In this document: in pieces, positions 7,659 through 14,878 of the stretch
Layout: each line of letters begins with the position of its first letter
How positions within the stretch are numbered: the stretch's first letter is position 1
Made by a program: the position numbers and the translations under genes
The notes under the pieces: generated by a model
Told to the model about the DNA's origin: nothing
Database searches by the model: none
What the model saw: only the letters and a program-made list of their open reading frames with translations
Origin: an uncultured Methanosarcinales archaeon
GTDB taxonomy: Archaea; Nanobdellota; Nanobdellia; Woesearchaeales; UBA583
Direction: 5' to 3'
Length of the DNA: 20,829 bases
Assembly: GCA_964429995.1 (NCBI GenBank)
Contig: CAYSDY010000005.1
Coordinates: 1-20,829, forward strand

Positions 7659-7978
7659 AATTTTAATTTTATAATAGAGGGTTGTAAAAAACCTATAAAA
7701 CAAAAATCGCAAAATTTGAGTTATCCACACCATAAGTGATTGGGGTATTTATCACACAATTTTTTTTTACTGCGATTTTTGATCATTCCTTTTAATAATC
7801 AACTGATCTATGGTGGAATATTAAAAGAAATAAATTTGGAATTGAACTTGTTCAATTAGGGCTTATAATGGTTTTTTGATAACACTCTTCTGAGAATTTT
7901 TTGGGTTTTTTTAAAATTCTCAATACTAAATGAATAGTAAAACATATAAATGCAAAAAAACTACTTAACAGTAGCGAT

Positions 7979-8626
7979 ATGATAAATATGTCTCTTGAAA
8001 AAAGAATAGATGAGCTTTTTAGTGTTATGGATTCATTTAGTAACATGCATAATGAGAATTTACCATTCGATCTTGCAATGTTATCTATGATGCCATCATC
8101 AGATAAAGAAAAAAAATATTGTAAGCAAATTTATGATGATATAGCATTATTTTATGATAAAAGAGTCAAAGATATTGATTTTTTAGAAAAAAAAGTTAAT
8201 CACAAACCAGATTGTTCTAGGATAGTTATAAATGCTTTATATGGCTTTAGTCTTGGTTCTGTAATTTTTCCATTTGAAAAGAGTTATTTGTTGTTTACAG
8301 CAGGTATAGGTTTATTATTAACAGCAAGTGATGAATTTTTAGGTAATGGTTCATATGATTTTGAAAAAACATTCATGTATTCTTTAAGTGGAAGTTTCAT
8401 AGGAGGTTACATTGGTGATTCTATAACCATGGGTGTTGGTTGTGCTATTGGTTTTGCAATAGGTTTATATTCTGGTATTAAAAAAAAAAGATTAGAAGAA
8501 AAACAAATGGCATCATTTATTGGGAATAATCATAAAGAATCAATTAATATTCTTAACGCTTATTACGATTCATTAAAAAAAGAGTTTATTTCATCTATTA
8601 AAGAAAGGTACGATGTAAAATTTTAA
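7979..8626 (+). CDS. Hypothetical membrane protein with a glycine-zipper-like C-terminal half
   Basis: 215-aa ORF. GSFIGGYIGDSITMGVGCAIGFAIGLYSG is a small-xxx-small-rich hydrophobic segment. A CATATAAAT box lies ~32 nt upstream. Confidence 0.55.
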   Translation: MINMSLEKRIDELFSVMDSFSNMHNENLPFDLAMLSMMPSSDKEKKYCKQIYDDIALFYDKRVKDIDFLEKKVNHKPDCSRIVINALYGFSLGSVIFPFEKSYLLFTAGIGLLLTASDEFLGNGSYDFEKTFMYSLSGSFIGGYIGDSITMGVGCAIGFAIGLYSGIKKKRLEEKQMASFIGNNHKESINILNAYYDSLKKEFISSIKERYDVKF

Positions 8627-8747
8627 ACAAGCATTAAATTTTTTTATACATATAGTTTGAAAAACTTATGATTTTATGATGCAAAAGTTTAAACAGGTAA
8701 ATCTTATTAAAGATAGATTTAAAATAAAAAGTTTATATTAAAGAATT

Positions 8748-9479
8748 ATGAGTAATATTTTAGTAATTCCGGCAAGACTTGAATCTGTAAGGTTTAAGAA
8801 TAAATTAATAGAAAAAGTTAATGGAAAAACAATAATAGAAATTGTTTATGAAAGAGTTAAAGATTCTTTATGTATTGATGATGTAATAATAGCAACAGAT
8901 TCAGAAATCATAAAAGATATAATGCAATCAGTTGGTGCTAATGTTGTAATGACTCCTAAAGATTGCAAAAATGGCACAGAACGAATAGGTTATGCCCTAA
9001 AAAGTATTGGATCAAAACATGATATAGTAGTAAACATACAGGCAGATGAACCAATGGTTGATTTAGAAATCATAGATCTTTTAGTAAAAAGTTTTGATGA
9101 TAATACAGATATGGTAACACTAAAAAGAGAAATAACAAAAGACATAGATAACCCTAATTTTGTTAAAGTTGTAACTGATAAAAATAATAATGCTATGTAT
9201 TTTTCAAGATCAAAAATTCCATACAACAGAGATAATGACACAAATGTAAAATATTATAAGCATTTAGGATTCTATGCTTACAGACAAAGTTTCTTACAAA
9301 AATATTTGCAAATGCAAAGTACAGTTCTTGAGCTTTCTGAAAAACTAGAACAGTTAAGAATATTGGAAAATGGTTATAAGATTAAAGTGATAGAAACCGA
9401 CAGATTAACAATAGATATAAATACAAAAGAAGATCTAGAACATTATAAATCATATATAGGTGAAAATAAAAATGTTTAG
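8748..9479 (+). CDS. kdsB: 3-deoxy-manno-octulosonate cytidylyltransferase (CMP-Kdo synthetase, KdsB/KpsU family)
   Basis: ILVIPARLESVRFKNKLIEKVNGKTII, VNIQADEPMV and LEQLRILENGYKIKV parallel the E. coli KdsB segments IIPARYASTRLPGKPL, VNVQGDEPMI and LEQLRVLWYGEKIHV (recalled from memory). Confidence 0.85.
   Translation: MSNILVIPARLESVRFKNKLIEKVNGKTIIEIVYERVKDSLCIDDVIIATDSEIIKDIMQSVGANVVMTPKDCKNGTERIGYALKSIGSKHDIVVNIQADEPMVDLEIIDLLVKSFDDNTDMVTLKREITKDIDNPNFVKVVTDKNNNAMYFSRSKIPYNRDNDTNVKYYKHLGFYAYRQSFLQKYLQMQSTVLELSEKLEQLRILENGYKIKVIETDRLTIDINTKEDLEHYKSYIGENKNV
9458..9463 (+). promoter_or_regulatory. Shine-Dalgarno-like site for the internal operon gene kdsD
   Basis: AGGTGA lies 8 nt upstream of ATG 9472, inside the 3' end of kdsB. 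Confidence 0.4.
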
Positions 9480-10440
9480 TCCAAAAGATATCAAAGAATA
9501 CATACAAGAAACAAGAGAGTCATTAAAATATCTTGAAGATAACATAGATGAAAATTACATAAAAGCATACAATTTATTAAAAGAAGTAAAAGGTAACATA
9601 ATTTTTACAGGTCTTGGCAAATCAGGTCATATAGCACAAAAAGCATCTGCAAGTTATACAAGTACAGGAAATCCATCCTTATTTCTAAATCCAGTAGATG
9701 CTCTTCATGGTGATCTTGGTGTAATAAAAAAAGATGATTTGGTTATACTTATATCAAAAAGTGGGAATACGCAAGAGGTAGTTGAGTTAGCAAGACATAT
9801 TCATAAAATGAACATTAAGGCAATAGCAATAACAAATACCAAAGATTGTTTGTTAAATAAATATGCTGATGTTGGAATTAATATGTATGTAAAAAAAGAA
9901 TTATGCATCCATAACCTAGCACCAACAACAAGCACAACTCATACACTCATAATACTTGATATATTTATGGTCCTTTTAATGAGAAAAAAAGAATTTAAAA
10001 AGGAAAATTTTGCATTGTATCATCCTAAAGGGACTCTGGGCAAACAATTACTCTTAACAGCAGGTGAGTTAATAACAGATCCAGTATATTATGCAAAGAA
10101 GACTGCAGATTTTACAGAAATACTTGAAATTGCATCAAAAAAATCAAAAGGAATAATTCCAATAGTTGAAAACGATAAAATTATAGGAATAATATCAGAT
10201 GGTGATATAAGAAGAATAATAAGAAAATATAAAAAAGACGTTTTTGATGTAAAAATTGAGCAGGTAATGACAAGTCTTAACATAAAAACAGTTGTTAAAT
10301 CAGAACTTGCAATTTGTGCATTAAAAATAATGACAGAAAATCATATAACAGCACTTCCTGTTCTTGATGAAGAAGGAAAACTTGCCGGTATAATCAACAT
10401 ACATGACATACTCAATGCAGGATTAAGGATTGATATGTAA
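9472..10440 (+). CDS. kdsD: Arabinose-5-phosphate isomerase (KdsD/KpsF family; SIS domain + 2 CBS domains)
   Basis: IIFTGLGKSGHIAQKASASYTSTGNPSLFLNPVDALHGDLGV...ISKSGNTQEV parallels E. coli KdsD. The C-terminal CBS pair ends in ITALPVLDEEGKLAGIINIHDIL. The track start 9460 is GTG. I prefer ATG 9472 because of its SD-like site; it overlaps kdsB by 8 nt (ATGTTTAG). Confidence 0.88.
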   Translation: MFSPKDIKEYIQETRESLKYLEDNIDENYIKAYNLLKEVKGNIIFTGLGKSGHIAQKASASYTSTGNPSLFLNPVDALHGDLGVIKKDDLVILISKSGNTQEVVELARHIHKMNIKAIAITNTKDCLLNKYADVGINMYVKKELCIHNLAPTTSTTHTLIILDIFMVLLMRKKEFKKENFALYHPKGTLGKQLLLTAGELITDPVYYAKKTADFTEILEIASKKSKGIIPIVENDKIIGIISDGDIRRIIRKYKKDVFDVKIEQVMTSLNIKTVVKSELAICALKIMTENHITALPVLDEEGKLAGIINIHDILNAGLRIDM

Positions 10441-10457
10441 AATACATGTGCTAAGAT

Positions 10458-10465
10458 TTATAAAT
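10458..10465 (+). promoter_or_regulatory. TATA-box-like element for the KpsS-like gene
   Basis: TTTATAAA centred ~26 nt upstream of ATG 10487. Confidence 0.45.
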
Positions 10466-10486
10466 TTAGATTAAGCCATAACAAGT

Positions 10487-11776
10487 ATGAAGCATAAAAT
10501 AATACTTGTTAACTGTCCTTGTAATAAATTTGCAGATAAAATGCAAAACTTCTTTTTAGACAAAAAAAAGCACTTTGATTTTGAAACAATAAATTTAAAT
10601 GATATACAAGAAAAAAAAAACAATCTAGACGATTTCCTTATATCAAGAATGATATCTTTTGAGCTGACAAAAAGTGCAGTATACAGATATAATTTTGGTC
10701 TCTTATTTAATTATAAAAGAATATTCTCAATAGCTAACAGATCTTCAGAGTTCTGTACAAAAAAAATAGAGCAGGCGGATCTTATACTAATTTTTGAAGC
10801 AAAACATCTCTTATCCCAGATATTTATAGAGTTATGCAGGTTACACAAAAAAGAGTGCTTTATAATTTCAAAAACAATACAAAACGAAGTAAATCTTTGT
10901 AGAATAATAACAAAAGAAGGTTTAGAGATTGAAGTAAGTTTTGAAAACATTTTAAATAACAACCAAGATATAAATGCAATTTTAAAAGACACACAGGATG
11001 TAAAATACAATGATATAAAAAAAACAGACAATTTCATAGAGAATAAGAAAGGTATGATAACACGACTAAAAGAACAAATGAAGTATTCTGGAATATTCTA
11101 TGGTTTGTTAAACTCTTTTAAATCATCTTTAATGTTTAAGATTAGCAATTACAGAAAAAACAAGTACGGAAAGTTCATTGAAATAGATAAAAACAAAAAA
11201 TATGTAACACTATTTTTACAGACAACATACGATAGTCACAATCTTTTAAGCAAGATAACTTATGATCAAATAATACAAAAACTAATAGATGAAACAGACC
11301 ATCAGATAATAATAAAAGAACATCCAGAGCAACATTACGAATACAAGATAGATGAAAAATTAAAAAAACACAAAAGAGTCACATGGATATCCAAATATGA
11401 TAGAATAGATTTTTTAGGTCTACTTTTAAATTCAGAATTTAATGTTGTAATAAATTCTACATGCGGAATAGAATCGGTATATCTTGATAAACCCACATTT
11501 GTTTTTGACAATGCTTTCTACTACAATTATACATATGCATCATACGATTACAATAATATAACATTTAAAGAATATATTAAAAGAAAAGAAGATTTAGAAA
11601 AAGAATATTCATTAAAAAGATTAAATTACAGAAAAGGTTATTATAAGTATTTTATATCACAAAATGGAACACAGGATTACATATTTAATTTTTTTTCAAA
11701 CTGCAATAATTTATATTCATTAGTTTTAAAATCAAAAAATAAAACGCTTTTTGACATAGCATCCAAAACTTTTTAA
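10487..11776 (+). CDS. Capsule_synth-family protein (KpsS/KpsC-like), putative beta-Kdo transferase
   Basis: YVTLFLQTTYDSHNLL (Q245-x3-D249), IIIKEHPEQ (H279-P280) and NVVINSTCGIESVYLDKPTFVFDNAFY match my recollection of the conserved core of KpsS/KpsC (LQvxxDsqi, KxHP, NSTvGleAl..gkPv..lG.a.Y). The gene sits directly after kdsB-kdsD. Confidence 0.65.
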   Translation: MKHKIILVNCPCNKFADKMQNFFLDKKKHFDFETINLNDIQEKKNNLDDFLISRMISFELTKSAVYRYNFGLLFNYKRIFSIANRSSEFCTKKIEQADLILIFEAKHLLSQIFIELCRLHKKECFIISKTIQNEVNLCRIITKEGLEIEVSFENILNNNQDINAILKDTQDVKYNDIKKTDNFIENKKGMITRLKEQMKYSGIFYGLLNSFKSSLMFKISNYRKNKYGKFIEIDKNKKYVTLFLQTTYDSHNLLSKITYDQIIQKLIDETDHQIIIKEHPEQHYEYKIDEKLKKHKRVTWISKYDRIDFLGLLLNSEFNVVINSTCGIESVYLDKPTFVFDNAFYYNYTYASYDYNNITFKEYIKRKEDLEKEYSLKRLNYRKGYYKYFISQNGTQDYIFNFFSNCNNLYSLVLKSKNKTLFDIASKTF

Positions 11777-11801
11777 AAATATAAAGTTTTTAAAAAAGTA
11801 T

Positions 11802-12947
11802 ATGAAAAACATTCTAGTTATTCCTCATAGTTTTAGTAACAAGATTAAAATAAGAGAAGTTGAAATAGCAAAACTGTTAAGGAGTACAGAAAATAATGTA
11901 TACTGTATCAGTTTTGGAAGCAATCATGAACTTGATAATTTGTTTAACAAATTAAAATATCAATTAAGCAGTGTTTTTAAGCAAATATCTCTAACAGAAA
12001 AAGACCAAATAAAATACATAGATATACCATACATTTTCCGTCCAATATCACTTGCAAGAAAATTTAATTCTGCGATAATAAAAAAAATAGCAATCAAATA
12101 TAAAATAGATATAATAATAAATTCATCTTTTGGTCAAGTATCTCTTATACCTCTTAAAAATCATAATGTAACAAAAATATATGATATGGTTGATTTTATT
12201 TCAGAAAATTCACTAAGCAAATATATAAAAGAAGAATTATCTGTTTATGATAAATATATTTCAAGTTCAAATATGTTAACACAATTTATAAAAAAAAACA
12301 TAAATGATAATAATAAAAAACCAATACTATATCTTCCAAATTTTGCTGACCTAAAATCTATACAGGATGTTTTAAAATCAGATGTTGATAAGCTTAAATG
12401 CGAATTATGTTTAAAAAAAACAGATTTTACAATATGTTATATAGGTAATCACTATGATTGGGGAGGATCAGAGTTACTGATAAAAGCATTTACAATGTTT
12501 AACAAAAAACATTTAGATTCAAAACTTTTAATAGTAGGTCCAGGTCCTGAAATTTCAAGACTTAAATCACAATATTGCAATAATAAAAGTATAATATTTA
12601 CAGGTCCAATAGAACCATCAAAAGTCAAATTTTATTTCAATATGACAGATATAGGAGTTCTTCCGTTTCAAAAGATAACACTTACAGATAATGCACTTCC
12701 AATTAAGGTACTTGAATACACAGCAGCAAATAAAAACATACTTGCAACAGAATTAAATGAATTAAAGACACATAATTTTCCTAATGTAGATTTTGTTAAG
12801 AATAATGTAAAAGCATGGGAGAAGGCATTAACAGATGCATATAAAAAAAGAAAAGATTTAAAACTAAAAGATTATAAAAATGTTGTACAGGAATACAGTA
12901 GCGATAAGATCAAAGTTAAAATATTAGAATACGTAAAAAATGATTAA
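11802..12947 (+). CDS. Glycosyltransferase, GT-B fold, group 1 (GT4-like)
   Basis: The C-terminal half WGGSELLIKAFTMFNKKHLDSKLLIVGPGPE...IIFTGPIE...DIGVLPF...LPIKVLEYTAANKNILAT fits the Glycos_transf_1 pattern, including the E-x7-E-like region. Confidence 0.75.
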   Translation: MKNILVIPHSFSNKIKIREVEIAKLLRSTENNVYCISFGSNHELDNLFNKLKYQLSSVFKQISLTEKDQIKYIDIPYIFRPISLARKFNSAIIKKIAIKYKIDIIINSSFGQVSLIPLKNHNVTKIYDMVDFISENSLSKYIKEELSVYDKYISSSNMLTQFIKKNINDNNKKPILYLPNFADLKSIQDVLKSDVDKLKCELCLKKTDFTICYIGNHYDWGGSELLIKAFTMFNKKHLDSKLLIVGPGPEISRLKSQYCNNKSIIFTGPIEPSKVKFYFNMTDIGVLPFQKITLTDNALPIKVLEYTAANKNILATELNELKTHNFPNVDFVKNNVKAWEKALTDAYKKRKDLKLKDYKNVVQEYSSDKIKVKILEYVKND

Positions 12948-14661
12948 TATTATAAAATACATTTTTAGAAAACAGATGGTTAAAAGTGATGAATTTCATC
13001 TTAATGCATCTTTAAAATGGTTAGAAAGTAATCACATAAAAAATAATGGTTTTGCAAAAAAATATAATTTTTTAACAGGTATTGATAAAAGTTATCCAGA
13101 AACTACAGGTTATATAATATCATCTCTAATAAATTATTCATTAACATATAAAACCAATAAATATGATTCAATAATTAATGAAAGTGTAAGATGGCTTATA
13201 AGTATTCAGAATAAAGATGGCTCTTTTAATGATACTTCAAATACCCCTCAGGTTTTTGATACAGGTCAGATAATTCTAGGTTTAACTTGTGCATACAACT
13301 ATCTTAACAAGCCAAAAAAAATATATGATTCAATAGATAGGGCGTGTAATTTTCTTATAAGAGTTCAGTCTTCTGATGGTTCATTTCACAAGTTCTCATA
13401 TAATAAAATAAAGCATACATATTATTCAAGAGTTGCATGGGCACTATTAGAAGCATATAAAATCACAAAAAAAGAAGCATACAAAATTTCAGCCATAAAA
13501 AATCTTGATTGGGTTTTAAGCATGCAAGAGGATAACGGTTATTTTAAATGCATGAGTTTTGATAAAAAACAATATCCATATCTTCATACAATGATTTATG
13601 TCCTTGAAGGTCTTTTAGAATCTTATAAAATAACAAAAGAATCAAAATATAAGTTTGCTGTTATAAAAACAGTTTCAGTACTGCTTGAAATATCAAAAAA
13701 AAGAGATTTTATTTTAAGATCACAATATAAAAAAGATTTTAGTGTTGCAAACTCACAAAAATGCATTCCAGGTCTTATACAATTTGCAGGTCTTTGTGTT
13801 GATCTTTATGATTACGAAAAAGATGAAAAATACATAACAGAGGCAAAAAAAATATTGGCATACGTAAAATCAAAACAGATATTGGATAATACTTCTAAAA
13901 AAGTATATGGTGGTTTTTGTGCAAGCATTCCTTTTTACGGCAGATATGGAAGATTTGAAATAGTAAACTGGAACAATAAATTTTTCATTGATTTAATTTT
14001 AAAAATAAAAAACTATAATATTGAAGAAAACGAATTAGATGTATATATTTCAGAAAGGTTCAATTTTTTTAGTAAAAAAAGATATTCAGAAGAAAACATA
14101 GAACAAAGGGATGAAAAAATCTTGCATATGACAAAACAGTACATAAAAGGAAAAGTGCTTGATTTAGGATGCGGAAAGGGAAAGATAGTAAAATACCTAA
14201 AAAACAAAGGTGTTGATATAATAGGTGTTGACCCAGCCGTAGAATATCTAAAAAATGCAGAATTGAACCTTTTAAAAGCAGATGTTTATGATACAAAACT
14301 TAAAGCAAATAGTGTTGATACTATACTTCTTATAGAAGTTTTACAGCATGTTCCATACATAGACAAGGCATTTTTGCACATAAAAAATATAATAAAAGAT
14401 GGTGGTCATATACTTGTTGTTGAAAGAAACAAAATATCTATAATGCAGATATTAAAGCCATTTATGGAAAAATTAGATCTTTGGATGTATCCTTCTGATA
14501 GCCCATTTTTTGAAAGAAGCATGTATAAAAAACAATGGATAGAACTATTTGCAAAATTAGGTCCAACAGTTTTTGTAAGAAAAATTAGTGGTGATGGAAA
14601 GATAGCAAAACATCTTAATAAATATTATGTGTTTGTAATAAAAGTAGACAAAAGCAAATAA
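12940..14661 (+). CDS. Fusion protein: N-terminal prenyltransferase/terpene-cyclase-like alpha/alpha-toroid repeats + C-terminal class I SAM-dependent methyltransferase
   Basis: The N-terminal part has repeats spaced ~50 aa apart: IQNKDGSFND, VQSSDGSFHKF, MQEDNGYFKC (Q-x2-DG-x-F type). The C-terminal part has VLDLGCGKGKIVKYLKNKGVDIIGVDPA (motif I, nt 14155-14180), VDTILLIEVLQHV and IKDGGHILVVE. The ATG overlaps the upstream stop by 8 nt (ATGATTAA). Confidence 0.7.
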   Translation: MINIIKYIFRKQMVKSDEFHLNASLKWLESNHIKNNGFAKKYNFLTGIDKSYPETTGYIISSLINYSLTYKTNKYDSIINESVRWLISIQNKDGSFNDTSNTPQVFDTGQIILGLTCAYNYLNKPKKIYDSIDRACNFLIRVQSSDGSFHKFSYNKIKHTYYSRVAWALLEAYKITKKEAYKISAIKNLDWVLSMQEDNGYFKCMSFDKKQYPYLHTMIYVLEGLLESYKITKESKYKFAVIKTVSVLLEISKKRDFILRSQYKKDFSVANSQKCIPGLIQFAGLCVDLYDYEKDEKYITEAKKILAYVKSKQILDNTSKKVYGGFCASIPFYGRYGRFEIVNWNNKFFIDLILKIKNYNIEENELDVYISERFNFFSKKRYSEENIEQRDEKILHMTKQYIKGKVLDLGCGKGKIVKYLKNKGVDIIGVDPAVEYLKNAELNLLKADVYDTKLKANSVDTILLIEVLQHVPYIDKAFLHIKNIIKDGGHILVVERNKISIMQILKPFMEKLDLWMYPSDSPFFERSMYKKQWIELFAKLGPTVFVRKISGDGKIAKHLNKYYVFVIKVDKSK

Positions 14662-14775
14662 AATAATTCTAATTCAATTTTGTGCAAACACTACAATTTG
14701 AGATAAAATTCATACAAATTTAGTAAATATTTAATTGATAGCTTACTTACGAAAAACTCCATAATTTAAAAAGGG

Positions 14776-14873
14776 AACTATGTAAACCATTACAATATAG
14801 ATGTTTTACAACGCTATTTCCGAAAGAAGCTTGCGAAAAACAATGTTTTTTTAAAATTCTCTATATTTTTTTA
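14776..14873. repeat. Intergenic repeat element, copy B (pairs with 4209..4295)
   Basis: Same orientation and ~86% identity to copy A by manual alignment. It ends 5 nt before the stop of the minus-strand flippase gene. An AGCTTACTTACGAAAAAC copy lies ~88 nt upstream of the internal AGCTTGCGAAAAAC. Confidence 0.8.
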
Positions 14874-14878
14874 AAAAA

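Noticed and set aside
7736-7806. Box C/D sRNA (GTGATTG as C box, TTGATCA as C', CTGA at 7803-7806 as D).
   Set aside because: Both C-like boxes deviate from RUGAUGA, no D' box is present, the spacing (~70 nt) is long, and there is no terminal stem. It does not meet the minimal C/D criteria.
7840-7857. Perfect palindrome AATTGAAC-TT-GTTCAATT upstream of the 7979 gene as a transcription-factor operator.
   Set aside because: By my rough estimate several 8+8 inverted repeats with short spacers are expected by chance per 20 kb at this composition. It lies ~125 nt upstream of the ATG, away from the TATA-like box.
7852-8046. 64-aa minus-strand ORF spanning the 7979 gene start.
   Set aside because: It overlaps the better-supported plus-strand gene and its putative TATA box, and it is hydrophobic and low-complexity with no upstream promoter-like element. 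It is probably spurious, though a tiny membrane peptide cannot be excluded.
8650-8672. Possible third partial copy of the repeat's upstream arm (CATATAGTTTGA...AAAACTTATG, compared with 4191-4215).
   Set aside because: Only a 12-mer plus a short second match. My rough estimate is that more than 100 chance 12-mer matches occur within a 20 kb window of this composition, and the sequence after the match does not align with the element core.
9460-9471. GTG start at 9460 for kdsD, as given in the ORF track.
   Set aside because: ATG 9472 is preceded by AGGTGA at an 8-nt spacing and gives the common ATG/stop 8-nt overlap also seen at 12940. The four extra residues (MKIK) add nothing family-specific. 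The choice remains uncertain.
4209-14873. The two direct repeats as attL/attR of a ~10.5 kb integrated element or genomic island.
   Set aside because: The bracketed segment contains housekeeping hisS and no integrase, recombinase or phage/plasmid genes. The repeats are only ~86% identical, whereas att duplications are normally exact. The composition looks uniform with the flanks.
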